A DNA stretch of 64,000 nucleotides from Eubacteriales bacterium (GTDB taxonomy: Bacteria > Bacillota > Clostridia > Oscillospirales > CAG-272), in assembly GCA_045660325.1 (NCBI GenBank), contig JAZRDO010000019.1, positions 496-64,495 on the forward strand, in the 5' to 3' direction. A model generated the notes under the pieces. That model saw only the letters and a program-made list of their open reading frames with translations. It searched no databases and was not told the DNA's origin. Positions 39,601 through 49,299 of the stretch are shown in pieces. Position numbers and translations under genes: made by a program. Every line of letters begins with the position of its first letter. Position 1 is the stretch's first letter.

Positions 39601-40552
39601 CCTTTGTGAAGAGAACCTCACCTGTGATGGGGCTTACAACGTCTTCTGCGAGCTTGCGACCTGCAAGACGGCTGTGGATAGCCATCTTCTTGTCATACTT
39701 ATAGCGTCCTACAGTTGCGATATCATATCTCTTGGAGTCAAAGAAATAGTTATTGATAAGGATCTGAGCGGACTCAACAAGCGGAGGCTCACCGGGACGG
39801 AGCTTCTTGTAGATCTCCTTGAGCGCTTCAACGCCAACAGTTGTGCCGTTGCGCGCAGCGAGATCCTCGCATTCGTCCTTTTCAAAGGTTGTAGCAAGTC
39901 TTACGTCCTCGCCGAGAAGCGCATAGATATCCTCTCTGGATTCTACACCGAGAGCGCGGATGAACATAGTCATAGGAACCTTACGGTTCTTGTCTATACG
40001 AACGTAGAGAACGCCGTTGATGTCGCTCTCGTATTCGAGCCATGCTCCTCTGTAAGGAATAATAGTTGCGGAATATGTTTTCTTACCGGACTTGTCGATC
40101 TCGGATGCATAGTACATACCGGGAGAACGAACGAGCTGGGATACGATTACACGCTCTGCACCGTTGATAACGAACGTACCTGTTTCGGTCATAAGCGGGA
40201 AATCGCCGAGATATATATCGGAGTACTTTACGTCTCCTGTCTGCTTATTGGTAAGTCTAACGTTTACCTTCAAGGGTGCGGCATAGTTTACGTCGCGCTC
40301 CTTGCATTCCTCTATCGAATACTTTGTGTTGTTAGTATCAATAGAATAGGATATGAATTCGATAGACAAGTTGCCCGAGTAGTCCGTAATGGGAGATACG
40401 TCGCGCAAAACCTCCATAAGACCTTCCTTCAAGAACCAGTCAAAGGATTTTGTCTGAATTTCAACCAGGTTAGGCAGCTCGAGATTGAAACGGGAACGGG
40501 AAAACGACATTCTCGTGTTCTTGCCGAGCTTGTGCTCTTTAACATTGACCAT
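36614..40552 (-). CDS. rpoB: DNA-directed RNA polymerase subunit beta
   Basis: Conserved beta motifs throughout ([15 protein letters not shown] and others). Start set to ATG 40552 (MVNVKEH), preceded by GGAG. Acidic C-terminal tail. Confidence 0.95.
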   Translation of the reverse strand: MVNVKEHKLGKNTRMSFSRSRFNLELPNLVEIQTKSFDWFLKEGLMEVLRDVSPITDYSGNLSIEFISYSIDTNNTKYSIEECKERDVNYAAPLKVNVRLTNKQTGDVKYSDIYLGDFPLMTETGTFVINGAERVIVSQLVRSPGMYYASEIDKSGKKTYSATIIPYRGAWLEYESDINGVLYVRIDKNRKVPMTMFIRALGVESREDIYALLGEDVRLATTFEKDECEDLAARNGTTVGVEALKEIYKKLRPGEPPLVESAQILINNYFFDSKRYDIATVGRYKYDKKMAIHSRLAGRKLAEDVVSPITGEVLFTKGAILSYEDALAVEHAAVNEAFVELENGDKVKVLSNNTIEPEYILGFDLKDCGVNEKARTSVLLEIAEACGGDVDAIKEMAKERIADLCPRHITKDDIFASINYILNLTREVGKVDDIDHLGNRRVRSVGEQLQNQMRIGFSRMDKIIKERMTTQDNEKLTPQALINTRPVATAIREFFGSSQLSQFMDQNNPLAELTHKRRLSALGPGGLSRDRASFDVRDVHYTHYGRMCPIETPEGPNIGLISYLTTYAKVSDYGFIEAPYRKVIHVTNEDGTVDHIVTDEVVYMTADVEDNYVVAQGNEPLDDQGRFVNQKITVRDKTEIILADASRVDFMDVSPKMVVSVATAMIPFLENDDNSRALMGANMQKQAVPLLTTDSPIVGTGMEHKAAVDSGVVVVAKYAGTVERVDANSITIVREDGHKDVYTLIKFKRSNQSNCVNQKPIVKRGQKVEAGEVIADGPATANGEVALGKNALIGFMTWEGYNYEDAVLLNERLVRDDVYTSIHIEEYTHEARDTKLGPEEITREIPNVGEDALKDLNAEGIIKRGTEVRAGDILVGKITPKGETELTAEERLLRAIFGEKAREVRDTSLRVPHGESGVVVDVRVFSQDAGDDLPAGVNKVVKLYIAQKRKISVGDKMAGRHGNKGVVSRILPPEDMPFLSDGTPLDIVLNPLGVPSRMNIGQVLEVHLGIASRKLGWKIMTPVFDGANERDIAECLRMAGYSRDLFANENPEGKDLFEEIVDEEGNKTYRKLTAEEKANVEYRESLRLQHKLKVFDGKQVLYDGRTGEPFDNPVTVGIMYYLKLHHLVDDKIHARSNGPYSLVTQQPLGGKAQFGGQRFGEMEVWALEAYGAAYTLQEILTVKSDDINGRRKAYEAIIKGQNIPTPGVPESFKVLVKELQALALDIRVLDKNGEEIKLSTLCVDDEVSPYSGKPGDIDLGLNESLHADDDELRKSFLFEDENGNPLEGDDMIDEIEMYEDESYSDEDFGDLD

Positions 40553-40699
40553 TAAATCAATCACTCCATTCAATGAAATTGCTACCGATACACCAAAAAT
40601 CCATACGTATTTTTTATTAATCCGCATAAGGAATTTTGTCATATTCGGCGCGCTTGCATATAAAACTCCATAATACAAGCGATTATAATGCAGTTTAGT

Positions 40700-40728
40700 A
40701 TTTTATCATATAAAGTCAACTTTGTCAA
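40700..40728 (-). promoter_or_regulatory. sigma-A promoter of rpoBC
   Basis: Minus strand reads TTGACA, 17-nt spacer, TAAAAT. Confidence 0.7.
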
Positions 40729-40821
40729 GGGGGTTTTTAAAAAAAGTTTAAATATTTTTTAAAATTACGACAAAATTCCGAAAAAAGTTCATACTTTCTC
40801 CCGAATGAGGATCAATCGCGC

Positions 40822-40851
40822 AAAAAAGCAGACGGACTGCCGTCCGTCTGC
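40822..40851 (-). terminator. terminator after ymdB
   Basis: GCAGACGGAC-TGCC-GTCCGTCTGC hairpin followed by TTTTTT on the minus strand. Confidence 0.8.
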
Positions 40852-40859
40852 CTTCAATA

Positions 40860-41630
40860 TTAAAATTTAACTCTTGTAACCTTTGTTACCTTAAAGCCGT
40901 CGTCAAGCTCAAAGACCACGCCGTGCGCCTTGATCTCGCCGTCAGAGACGGTAAATCTCGCGGGTAAGTGATTTTTCATCCTCGTCATAACCGCATCTAT
41001 ATCCGTTCCGAGTATTCCTCCTGTCGGGCCCGTCATACCGAGATCGGTTATGTAGCCGCTGCCATTCGGCAAAATCTGCTGGTCGGCGGTCTGCACGTGG
41101 GTATGTGTGCCTACGATCATATTGATCCTGCCGTCGAAATATCTCGCAAGAGCGATCTTCTCGCTCGTCGCCTCGGCGTGAATATCAAGGAACGAAAAAT
41201 CATACTTCCCTTCCTCGGCTCCGAGTATGCAATCCACCGCGTCAAACGGAGAATCGAGCGGCTCCATAAACGCCGTTCCGAGCACGTTGATGCAAAGCAT
41301 CTTGTACCCGCTCACGTTAACAGTATAGCTTCCGTAGCCGGGAGCAACTGCGGGATAATTGCAGGGGCGGATTATTCTCTCGGGATTATCGTCAAGATAG
41401 GAGTAAAGCTCCCTTTTCGCATACGTGTGGTTACCCATAGTCATAAAGTCCACACCCGCATCAAGAAGTCTGTCTGCATCTCGAGGACAAAGTCCGTGGA
41501 TCTCACTCGCGTTCTCCGCGTTTGCGATAACGAAATCAACGCCGAGATTTCCGCGAACACCCCAGAGGTTTTTAGCCAAATAATCAATTGCGCGGACGCC
41601 TACGACGTCGCCAAGCGCTAAAATTTTCAT
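40860..41630 (-). CDS. ymdB: YmdB-family metallophosphoesterase (2',3'-cyclic-nucleotide 2'-phosphodiesterase)
   Basis: ALGDVVG, NAENAS, MGNHT, DIHAEATSEK, GTHTHVQTAD; collinear with B. subtilis YmdB. Confidence 0.9.
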   Translation of the reverse strand: MKILALGDVVGVRAIDYLAKNLWGVRGNLGVDFVIANAENASEIHGLCPRDADRLLDAGVDFMTMGNHTYAKRELYSYLDDNPERIIRPCNYPAVAPGYGSYTVNVSGYKMLCINVLGTAFMEPLDSPFDAVDCILGAEEGKYDFSFLDIHAEATSEKIALARYFDGRINMIVGTHTHVQTADQQILPNGSGYITDLGMTGPTGGILGTDIDAVMTRMKNHLPARFTVSDGEIKAHGVVFELDDGFKVTKVTRVKF

Positions 41631-41664
41631 TTTTCTACCTGATTTCTATATATAAATGTAAGTT

Positions 41665-43056
41665 TTATTTGCCGACACAGAATTTGGAGAATATCTCGCT
41701 TACGATATCCTCGGACACCGCACGTCCGTCAAGCTCGGAGAGACTCTGCATTGCCGATTCGATGTCCGCGCAACAAATTTCAAGCGGAAGCCCGAATCTT
41801 ATGCTTTCCATTGCGACTCTCACGGAAGCAAGCGCGGTACCGATAGCCGCGTTTTGTCTCGCGTTTACTATCATCGCGTCGTTGCCCGTATCGAGATTCT
41901 TGTCAATATAGATTTTCTCAATAAGCTCACAAAGCTCGTCATAGCCCTCGCCTCGGAGCGCGGATATATTAAGACTGTATTCAAACTCGCCCGCGAGCAC
42001 ATTGTACTCCGCAAGGCAGCCGCGGTCCGACTTGTTTATGATAGCGATCTTTACCGCATCAAGGCTCTTGATATATTCCACAAGCTCGCGCTCGTCGTCT
42101 GCAAGCTCTCTTGATCCGTCAAAGACCGCAAGCACAAGCTCCGCTCCCTCGGCGGCAGATCTCGCTCTATCGATTCCGATTTTTTCAACCACGTCATCCG
42201 AATTTCGAATACCCGCAGTGTCGGAGAGCTTCAGCATAACACGACCGAGCTTTATCTTCTCGGAGATAATATCTCTCGTCGTACCCTCAATATCCGTAAC
42301 GATCGCGGCATCCGTGCCGACGAGCATATTATAAAGGGAGGATTTTCCCGAATTCGTCTTGCCTAAAATTACGGTATTGATTCCGCTCATAACCGCGCGG
42401 CCCGTACTGTAAGTATCAAGAAGTCGATTGAGCTTTCCCTCGTTTTCACCGAGGGCGGCAAGCATTTCGTCCTCACTCATATCCGCTAAGTCCTCGTCGG
42501 GATAGTCTATATGTGCAAATACAGATGAGAGCACCGAGCAAAGAGAAGCATATATTTCCCCCGTCTTCGCGGAGAGAACACCCCTCATACCCGCGCGGGA
42601 TGCGAGCATCTGCTCGTCGGTTTCCGCTTCAAGCAAATTGCCGAGAGATTCCGCCTCGTTAAGTCCCATTTTTCCGTTAATAAACGCGCGTCGGGTAAAC
42701 TCGCCTGCCTCGGCGTGTCTCGCTCCTGCCATAAGGCAAGCGGCAAGCACGTTTCGGGTTACAAGCACACCTCCGTGACAGCAGATCTCAACGGTATCCT
42801 CTCCCGTAAAGGATCTCGGAGCACGGAAGATCGTCGCAAGTCCGTCGTCTATCTGTATTTTTTTGTCATCGTAAATTTTAAATATATCGCCGTAAACCGT
42901 CAAATTGCTTTTGCACTCGGAAAGCGGCTTTTTATTTGCGGGAGAGAACACGCTCTCGGCAACCTTCACTGCATCCGCGCCCGAAATTCTTATGAGCGCG
43001 ACGCCGCCCTTACCGTAAGGAGTGCTTACCGCCGCTATTGTATCAAAAAGATTCAT
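41665..43056 (-). CDS. mnmE: tRNA modification GTPase MnmE
   Basis: TIAAVSTPYGKGGVALIRISG, G1 motif GKTNSGKSSL, C-terminal CVGK. Start ATG 43056. Confidence 0.95.
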   Translation of the reverse strand: MNLFDTIAAVSTPYGKGGVALIRISGADAVKVAESVFSPANKKPLSECKSNLTVYGDIFKIYDDKKIQIDDGLATIFRAPRSFTGEDTVEICCHGGVLVTRNVLAACLMAGARHAEAGEFTRRAFINGKMGLNEAESLGNLLEAETDEQMLASRAGMRGVLSAKTGEIYASLCSVLSSVFAHIDYPDEDLADMSEDEMLAALGENEGKLNRLLDTYSTGRAVMSGINTVILGKTNSGKSSLYNMLVGTDAAIVTDIEGTTRDIISEKIKLGRVMLKLSDTAGIRNSDDVVEKIGIDRARSAAEGAELVLAVFDGSRELADDERELVEYIKSLDAVKIAIINKSDRGCLAEYNVLAGEFEYSLNISALRGEGYDELCELIEKIYIDKNLDTGNDAMIVNARQNAAIGTALASVRVAMESIRFGLPLEICCADIESAMQSLSELDGRAVSEDIVSEIFSKFCVGK

Positions 43057-43135
43057 ACCGTTTTTCTTTCTATGAATATAAATTGATAAAAACACAGAGG
43101 GGCATCAATCTGCCCCTCTGACATTAAAGTAAAAA

Positions 43136-43798
43136 TTACTTCTTGGATTTTGTATCCTCAAGATAAACTACGATCTTGCGGTTGTTTTCGGAGCCAATGG
43201 AATTTGTGGAAACACCCTCGATATTCTGAATTTCAGAGTGAATGATTCTTCTCTCGTAGGGGTTCATAGGCTCGAGCATTACGCTCTTCTTGTACTTGAT
43301 AACCTTATCAGCCATCTTTCTTGCGAGCTCACGGAGTGTCTGCTCTCTCTTTGCTCTGTAACCCTCAGCGTCAATTGTGATCTTAACGAATTCACGCTTC
43401 TCGCCGTTAACCTTCTTGTTTGCGGCAAGGTTTGCAAGGTACTGAATGCTATCAAGAGTATCACCGTGGTGTCCGATAAGAATTCCTGCGCCGTCACCTG
43501 TAATATCGATAAGCTTTGCGTCGGAATCTGTATCCTTAAGCTCAACGTTTACGTTGAGTCCCATATCGGATACGAGAGTCTTTACAAAGTTAAGCGCCAG
43601 GTCCTCTCCCTTTTCTGTGTAAGAAGCAGAAATCTTCGCGGGAGTAGCGCCGAGACCGAGGAATCCCTTCTTGGGCTCGTCGATAACTGTATATTCAATA
43701 TCGGATGTCTTAACACCGAGCTGCTGCGCAGCCGCGAGAAGTGCATCCTCAATTGTTTTACCTGTTGTAATTACTTCTCTTTTCACGTTTAACCTCAT
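43136..43798 (-). CDS. jag: Jag/KhpB RNA-binding protein (Jag_N, KH, R3H)
   Basis: GKTIEDAL N-domain and an R3H-like C-terminus (MNPYERRIIHSEI). An alternative GTG start at 43786 has the better RBS. Confidence 0.85.
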   Translation of the reverse strand: MRLNVKREVITTGKTIEDALLAAAQQLGVKTSDIEYTVIDEPKKGFLGLGATPAKISASYTEKGEDLALNFVKTLVSDMGLNVNVELKDTDSDAKLIDITGDGAGILIGHHGDTLDSIQYLANLAANKKVNGEKREFVKITIDAEGYRAKREQTLRELARKMADKVIKYKKSVMLEPMNPYERRIIHSEIQNIEGVSTNSIGSENNRKIVVYLEDTKSKK

Positions 43799-43851
43799 AT
43801 GCGGAATGACCGCATTCTAAATTATTAATTTAATTTTCAGGGGTTTGCGGA

Positions 43852-45306
43852 TTACTTTTCGTCCGCGTCCTTGTTTTTCTTTTTTCTGCCGAAGAGGGAT
43901 TTCTTTTCCTTCTTTTCGCCCTTATCGGACTCGTCCTTCAAGGTCGCGCCCTCAGTCATATTGTTTTCGGGAATCTCCTGCTTTGCAGGCTCTTCCTCTT
44001 CCTCTGTGGCATTAAGATCGAGCTGCTTTTCGTTGCCGATATAGTTGCCCTTCTCGTCGTAATCCTCGTCGTCAATGTGGTGGAGTGAACGAACTGTTCC
44101 CGCTCTCTCGGACTTCTGCACCTTCTTAGGTATCTTACCCGCAAGCTCCTTCTCCGCCGCCTTATAATCCTCGTCCGTGAACGTAGGAAGAGGCATTACC
44201 TTACTGAGAATTACCGTCTTTACAAATCCGAGGATGGACTTGAACATCCAGTAAACCGCGATAGCCGCAGGCATAACGAATGTGAAGTATACAGACATAA
44301 GAGGCATCATGATATCCATCATATTGTTGGAGCAAGCCTGCTGACGGTTGTCTGCATTCTGAGTAGGCTGGAATGTGAACTTTCTCTGGAGCTTACTTGT
44401 CAAGAAGTAAACTACGAAAGTAAGCACGGGGATCGCAAGGAACCACCAATAAAGATTTTCGGAGGGCTTGAAGCTGGGAATATAACCCATATTGAAGGGA
44501 CCAACAAAGAAGTTGGGCGCACCCTCAACCACTTCAATAACCGTGTTGCGAACTGCATCTCCGTTGTTGCAGTACTTGTAAATGTTGTTGAAGAATGCGG
44601 GATCTACTCTCCACTTTTCTGCCATACGGCCGAGAAGCTCGATAGAGCCTGTGGACTTGATCTCGATTCCGCCCTCTACGAAGAAGTATGCCTTCATAAA
44701 GTTTGTAAAGTCTCCGCCAACGTTCAAAATGTACTTGATAGGGTCTGTTACAACGCTATAAAGCACCATAATAACGGGGAGCTGGATAAGGAGGGGAAGA
44801 CAACCCGAAAGAGGGCTGTAATTTTCCTTCTGATAGAGCTCCTGAATTTCCTGAGTAACGATCTGCTGTGTCTTCTGGTCGTTTCTGCCTGCGTACTTCT
44901 TTCTGATCGCCATTTCCTTAGGACGAAGCATCGCCTGCTTGATAGAGGTCTTCTGCTGCTTAATAGAGAAAGGAAGCAGAATAAATTCTACGATAATAGC
45001 GAAAACAAGAAGCGCGAGAATATAGCTGTTCGCGGGCATAATAACAGTGATCCAACGAAGGAACGTACCGATCCAGGTAAGAGGACCCTTTTCCTCCGTC
45101 AAAGCAACTTCCTTATTATCTTCAAGATTCAAAATATTGTCGCCCTCGGCGTACTTTTCACCCGCCCAGGCAGAGAGGTCCTTTGTGGACGTAGTGGCTG
45201 TACCGCTAGTACAACCTACAAATACTGTAGCTACGAAGATAAGAAGAGCTAACACGAGCGCTGTTCTGGAAAGAATCTTCCAGAGCTTTTTGTTTGTTAA
45301 TTTCAT
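43852..45306 (-). CDS. yidC: membrane protein insertase YidC (lipoprotein type) with long charged C-terminal tail
   Basis: Lipobox FVGC, the YidC/Oxa1 core (SGCLPLLIQLPV) and a Lys/Glu-rich tail. Confidence 0.9.
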   Translation of the reverse strand: MKLTNKKLWKILSRTALVLALLIFVATVFVGCTSGTATTSTKDLSAWAGEKYAEGDNILNLEDNKEVALTEEKGPLTWIGTFLRWITVIMPANSYILALLVFAIIVEFILLPFSIKQQKTSIKQAMLRPKEMAIRKKYAGRNDQKTQQIVTQEIQELYQKENYSPLSGCLPLLIQLPVIMVLYSVVTDPIKYILNVGGDFTNFMKAYFFVEGGIEIKSTGSIELLGRMAEKWRVDPAFFNNIYKYCNNGDAVRNTVIEVVEGAPNFFVGPFNMGYIPSFKPSENLYWWFLAIPVLTFVVYFLTSKLQRKFTFQPTQNADNRQQACSNNMMDIMMPLMSVYFTFVMPAAIAVYWMFKSILGFVKTVILSKVMPLPTFTDEDYKAAEKELAGKIPKKVQKSERAGTVRSLHHIDDEDYDEKGNYIGNEKQLDLNATEEEEEPAKQEIPENNMTEGATLKDESDKGEKKEKKSLFGRKKKNKDADEK

Positions 45307-45326
45307 TTTAATAGTCCTTTCCGTTT

Positions 45327-45668
45327 TTATTCGGACTTTTCGGGGCTTAACATAAGCGGCAGATCGTAATTGAATACGAAGCCCCCTCTTTTTCTGCCTT
45401 TGTCATCATTTGAGAGTGAAATTCCTCCCGTCCCATTCGGATTCTTTATTCCCTTTAGCGGTACAGGATCGTATCCCGCCGCGCAAAACGGCTGGCAGCG
45501 AACGAGTCGCAAAAAGGTTAAAAGACTTCCTACAAAAAAGCCACGATATTTATACGCATCAATTGCGTAGGCTGAGCATGTCGGGCGAAACCGACAGCAG
45601 GGTCGTTTTTTTAAGGGAGATAAAAACTTCTGATAAAAGCGTATGAGAAGTATGCAAAGCTGTTTCAT
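45327..45668 (-). CDS. yidD: membrane protein insertion efficiency factor YidD
   Basis: YQKFLSPL...CRFRPTCSAYA motif, with a C-terminal extension of about 35 aa. Confidence 0.9.
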   Translation of the reverse strand: MKQLCILLIRFYQKFLSPLKKRPCCRFRPTCSAYAIDAYKYRGFFVGSLLTFLRLVRCQPFCAAGYDPVPLKGIKNPNGTGGISLSNDDKGRKRGGFVFNYDLPLMLSPEKSE

Positions 45669-46054
45669 TTTTCTTTTGTTTCCGCCGTATTGAACATCTG
45701 AAGCTTGCGGAACGCGTAACGAAGCTCCTTAGCTATTTCACAGCTCTTTTTACCCGAGATCTCGGGCTTGGCTGAAATAACGATAAGGTTGCCGCGCAAA
45801 AGCTCGTTCTCCACCTCAGAATAAGCGGCTCTTATAATTCTCTTGGCACGGTTTCGCTGTACCGCTCCACCGACCTTCTTGGATACCGAAAGACCAAGTC
45901 GGTTTACGATCTTTCTCTGCGGATGCGCCAATTGGAGCTTCTTCGCCTTCAAATCCTTCAAGACGAATATGCTTACGTATCTGCCAAAGAAATGTCTTCC
46001 CTGTCGGTATGCCTTATTATAAAGATGATGCTCGCAAATTGCCGGATATTTCAT
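45665..46054 (-). CDS. rnpA: ribonuclease P protein component
   Basis: RNR-box-like AVQRNRAKRIIR. It overlaps the yidD start by 4 nt. Confidence 0.9.
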   Translation of the reverse strand: MKYPAICEHHLYNKAYRQGRHFFGRYVSIFVLKDLKAKKLQLAHPQRKIVNRLGLSVSKKVGGAVQRNRAKRIIRAAYSEVENELLRGNLIVISAKPEISGKKSCEIAKELRYAFRKLQMFNTAETKEK

Positions 46055-46279
46055 ATAGCATCCTCTCTTTTCTCTTGTGATTTGTCTTTTTCGCCATCGC
46101 TTCCGTGTGTGTTTTTTCCGATTCTAAAAAATTTTAAATGCTTTATTTGAGTGTTGCCACTCAAACGAATAAATATAAAGTAAGAATAAAATTTGCGCTT
46201 TACAAAATAAAGCAAAAACCCCGACGAAAGCAAACAAGACAAGGCTTGGGATGCAGAGTCATCGGAGGTTTTATGTTAA

Positions 46280-46414
46280 TTAGTGAGTCAGTCTCTTTCT
46301 GCCTTTAGCGCGACGTCTCTTAAGAACAGCTCTGCCGTCTGCAGTTCTCATTCTCTTTCTGAAGCCGTGCTCCTTCTTTCTCTGACGCTTTTTGGGCTGG
46401 TAAGTTCTAAGCAT
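46280..46414 (-). CDS. rpmH: 50S ribosomal protein L34
   Basis: Not in the ORF track. Translation gives [51 protein letters not shown] lies upstream. Confidence 0.95.
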   Translation of the reverse strand: MLRTYQPKKRQRKKEHGFRKRMRTADGRAVLKRRRAKGRKRLTH

Positions 46415-46507
46415 TTTGTTGCACCTCCTTAAATGATTATCGGAAGCGTTGGACAAAGCACCCTACTTTTGAGTGCCTATTTACGCTTTTACACAATGAC
46501 ATCCTAT

Positions 46508-46537
46508 ATTATACACGATAGATTACGTATTTGTCAA
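46508..46537 (-). promoter_or_regulatory. sigma-A promoter of rpmH-rnpA
   Basis: Minus strand reads TTGACA, 18-nt spacer, TATAAT. Confidence 0.6.
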
Positions 46538-46643
46538 GCATTTTTTTAAAAAAACTTCATTAAAAGTTAAAATGAACGCGTCTCCGACAAATTCCTTCAT
46601 TTTTTATAATAATATATATAACGAAAAACCGTTCAAAAATTCA

Positions 46644-47255
46644 TCAATTATTGAAATATGCGTCGGGCATACTGTAAAAATATACGATCTTCACGCTTCT
46701 TACCCACTCAAGCTCATATAAAGCGGAGATGCCCTCATACTCGGAATAAAAGTCTTGAAGAACCTCGGAAAGATTTCCGTCGTTATGAACGTAATCGAAA
46801 TGCAGACCCTGAACTCCGTCAAGAAGAGAGAAATATTCATCGCTCAATTTGTCGCTGTAAGCGTCGAAAAACGCCTGATTCAGCGCCTTACTGCTCTTGC
46901 TTTCACACGAAAGATACCACTCCTCTTCCTTTGCGAAGCCGTAGTCACATATTACCGTGACGAGCAACGAGGAGGAAAACCAGAAGGAATCCGCATATTC
47001 GCCCGACTGCTTAAAGGAATAATGCTCGTCCTGATACTGCACCTCAAGGCTTACCTTCTTTTCATTCTCAGCCTCACTCTGAAGAAAAGCAAACAGCTCC
47101 TTTATTTCTTCTCTTCCCTCGCGAAGAACGGGATCGGTATTTTCTCCGGGAGCCTCGGGGTTAGAATTCTGCGCACCACCGGGATTTTTACACGACACAA
47201 GGCAGGAGCCAAGAATCGCGCACAAAAGTAAAATCAAAATTAATCTTTTTATCAT
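46644..47255 (-). CDS. hypothetical lipoprotein
   Basis: Lipobox LGSCLVSC after MIKRLILILLLCAI. No family recognised. Confidence 0.55.
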   Translation of the reverse strand: MIKRLILILLLCAILGSCLVSCKNPGGAQNSNPEAPGENTDPVLREGREEIKELFAFLQSEAENEKKVSLEVQYQDEHYSFKQSGEYADSFWFSSSLLVTVICDYGFAKEEEWYLSCESKSSKALNQAFFDAYSDKLSDEYFSLLDGVQGLHFDYVHNDGNLSEVLQDFYSEYEGISALYELEWVRSVKIVYFYSMPDAYFNN

Positions 47256-47319
47256 ATAAACCTCTGAATAAATATCATTTTCCGTTCTTATTCTACCACA
47301 TATCCGTAAAAATTGCAAC

Positions 47320-47358
47320 ACAAAAATAATTCCCTGCCTATTTGACAGGGAATTTTAT
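47320..47358 (-). terminator. terminator after the LRR protein gene
   Basis: ATTCCCTG...CAGGGAAT hairpin followed by a T-rich run on the minus strand. Confidence 0.7.
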
Positions 47359-47360
47359 TT

Positions 47361-48881
47361 TTACGGAACGAAATTATAGCTTATCTTATAAGAGCCCGCG
47401 TTGTATCTCCAATTTGTGCCCTTCTTTACGTAGCCCGGATTTGAGGATTGATTCCACTGATCCGACGTACCCATAAACTTCACGCTGGAAAGCGCCGTGC
47501 AGCCCATAGCCGCGCCGTCACCGATGATACGGAGTGTGCTCGGGAAAACGAACTCCTCAATAGAGCTGCAGAACGCGAACGCTTGCGTTCCGATCGATAC
47601 GACACCGCCAACCATTCTTACGGAAAGAATATGCTTTGCGTCCTTGAACGCGCCCGAGTGAACGAATTTCGCCTTATCGGAAATTGCGATCCTTGTTCTT
47701 TCGTGATCTATAAACTTATGCGCCATAACAAATTTGTTTTCCGCATTACCGATATATCCAACGCCGCCCGACATGGTATATTTAAGATCATCGCATCCCG
47801 AGAACGCCCAATCGCCAAGCGATTCAAGGGACGAGGGAAGCGTAAGCTCCGTCAGGGATCCGCAAAATTCAAACGCGCTTTTCTCTATAACCTTCAGCCC
47901 GCGCGCGCGATCAAGATATATCTCCTCAAGAGACGTACAGCCGCGGAATGCCGCCTCTCCGATAAATTCAAGGGCCGAGCCCTCGGGAACGTTTATTTTT
48001 TCAAGCCCCGAGTCGTAATACGCGTACTCGCCGATCCTCTTGAGCTTTTCGGAAAGATCTATCTGCGCCAAGCCCTCGCATCTGTAAAACGCGTAAGCGC
48101 CTATCTCCTCAACACCGTCAATATTTATGCTTTCAAGCGCCGAGCAATTTGAAAACGCTCGGTCGGGGATCTTCACAATAGCGGAAGAGAGCGCTACGCT
48201 CTCAAGCTTCGCGTTATAAGAAAACGCGGAGTGACCGATGGAGCCACAGCTCTCAGGAAGAGCTACGGAGATAATGGAATTTCCCGAAAATGCGCTAGAG
48301 CTTATTGCTTCAAGAGCATTTCCAAAATCAACTGTGGAAATATTGCCGCAGTCCTTAAAGCTGCCGACGCCGACGGACTTAACACCCGAAAAGGCTATTT
48401 TCTCAATGCTGGAGCATCCCGCGTAGGCGTAATCTCCGATTTTTTCTCCATCAAACGAAATATCGGTTATTTTAGAGCCGCCAACGTAAAGCTCCGCGCC
48501 GTTATTAAAGGGTGAGGAATAAAAATTTTCAAGACTCGCGTCAGCCAGACTGTCGGGACTTGCAAGCTCGACTCTTGTAAGCGAAAGACAAAATTCAAAC
48601 GCGTTAAGACCGATGCTCTTTACCGACTCGGGAATGGATATGCCCTTTACGGACGAGCCGCGGAACGCCTCGCGAGCGATACCCACGACCGCTTTTCCGT
48701 CAAACGATTCGGGAATAACTATATTCTCGACATTTTTATCAACAAGTCCGACCACCTCGTAGCCGCCCTTGACGGATTTGTATTTAATTGTACCGTCATC
48801 CTTCGTGCAGGATGCGAGCATTATGATCGCAAGGACGATAAACGCGCCCGCAATCGCAGCTCTCTTTATGATCTTTGCCAT
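47361..48881 (-). CDS. leucine-rich-repeat (BspA-like) cell-surface lipoprotein
   Basis: Lipobox IMLASC. Repeats of about 23 aa with the pattern I-x-I-P-x-S-V-x-x-I-G-x-x-A-F-x-x-C. Start ATG 48881. Confidence 0.75.
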   Translation of the reverse strand: MAKIIKRAAIAGAFIVLAIIMLASCTKDDGTIKYKSVKGGYEVVGLVDKNVENIVIPESFDGKAVVGIAREAFRGSSVKGISIPESVKSIGLNAFEFCLSLTRVELASPDSLADASLENFYSSPFNNGAELYVGGSKITDISFDGEKIGDYAYAGCSSIEKIAFSGVKSVGVGSFKDCGNISTVDFGNALEAISSSAFSGNSIISVALPESCGSIGHSAFSYNAKLESVALSSAIVKIPDRAFSNCSALESINIDGVEEIGAYAFYRCEGLAQIDLSEKLKRIGEYAYYDSGLEKINVPEGSALEFIGEAAFRGCTSLEEIYLDRARGLKVIEKSAFEFCGSLTELTLPSSLESLGDWAFSGCDDLKYTMSGGVGYIGNAENKFVMAHKFIDHERTRIAISDKAKFVHSGAFKDAKHILSVRMVGGVVSIGTQAFAFCSSIEEFVFPSTLRIIGDGAAMGCTALSSVKFMGTSDQWNQSSNPGYVKKGTNWRYNAGSYKISYNFVP

Positions 48882-49114
48882 AGCAACACCTTTTAAATAA
48901 ATTTTATTACATTTATAATAACACAATTCCCCGCCTTTGTCAACATTATATATCGAGGCAAAAGTGTTCTGAAAATCAAATGTTTGTTCTAGTCAATTTT
49001 AACGAAAATTATATTCATTTATTCATGTCGTACTCGCAGTAAAATCGACAAAATCTACGTTTTGAACAAAAAGCCACCGCGTTTTTTGACATTTTTTATA
49101 CCAAAACAAGAAAT

Positions 49115-49227
49115 AGAGTTTTCCACAGTTTTTTTGTGGAAAACTCTTCTTGAACTGTTGAAAACTCGCCAAATGCCTATAAATCAAGGCTTTTAAATGT
49201 TGAAAACCCTGTTGAAAGTGTGGAAAA
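49115..49227. other. cluster of TGT(G/T)GAAA(A/G) / TTTTCCACA motifs (DnaA-box-like), including a 12-bp perfect inverted repeat
   Basis: TTTTCCACA at 49119-49127; TGTGGAAAA at 49135-49143 and 49219-49227; TGTTGAAAA at 49156-49164 and 49198-49206; TGTTGAAAG at 49210-49218. Confidence 0.3.
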
Positions 49228-49299
49228 GTACACCCGTTCGGCATATTGACAATTTATACAAATTGCGCTTTCAAAAAATTTTATGTCGTATTGACAATG

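Noticed and set aside
36755-40555. 1266-aa ORF antisense to rpoB. Similar giant antisense ORFs lie opposite other genes: 32910-35501 (rpoC), 29480-32056 (fusA/rpsG), 28116-29357 (tuf), 55872-57464 (serS), 24955-26118 (metK), 51295-52185 (purH), and 8899-10167, 10271-12517 and 12527-13849 (surface protein genes).
   Set aside because: Their translations are low-complexity and Cys/Val/Leu-rich with no recognisable motifs. The sense strands encode unmistakable conserved proteins. Long open antisense frames are the expected by-product of codon bias that avoids TTA, CTA and TCA in highly expressed genes.
40553-40678. N-terminal extensions in the ORF track for rpoB, hemW (4504-4656), pepD (20490-20588), recD2 (24701-24760), metK (26071-26181), mnmE, ahcY, holA and the lipoproteins.
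   Set aside because: Internal starts have proper RBS spacing and match the conserved N-termini. The extensions overlap upstream genes, leaders or riboswitches.
46055-46279. The 225-nt rpmH-rnpA spacer as a separate ncRNA gene.
   Set aside because: It contains only a weak attenuator-like hairpin and a short palindrome (TTTGAGTG-GCAA-CACTCAAA). This is insufficient evidence beyond an intercistronic spacer.
49023-49244. 73-aa minus-strand ORF, with a plus-strand ORF at 49197-49442, in the holA-LRR intergenic region.
   Set aside because: Neither has an RBS. Both translations are repeat-driven by the TGTKGAAAA motifs. The region is better explained as non-coding.
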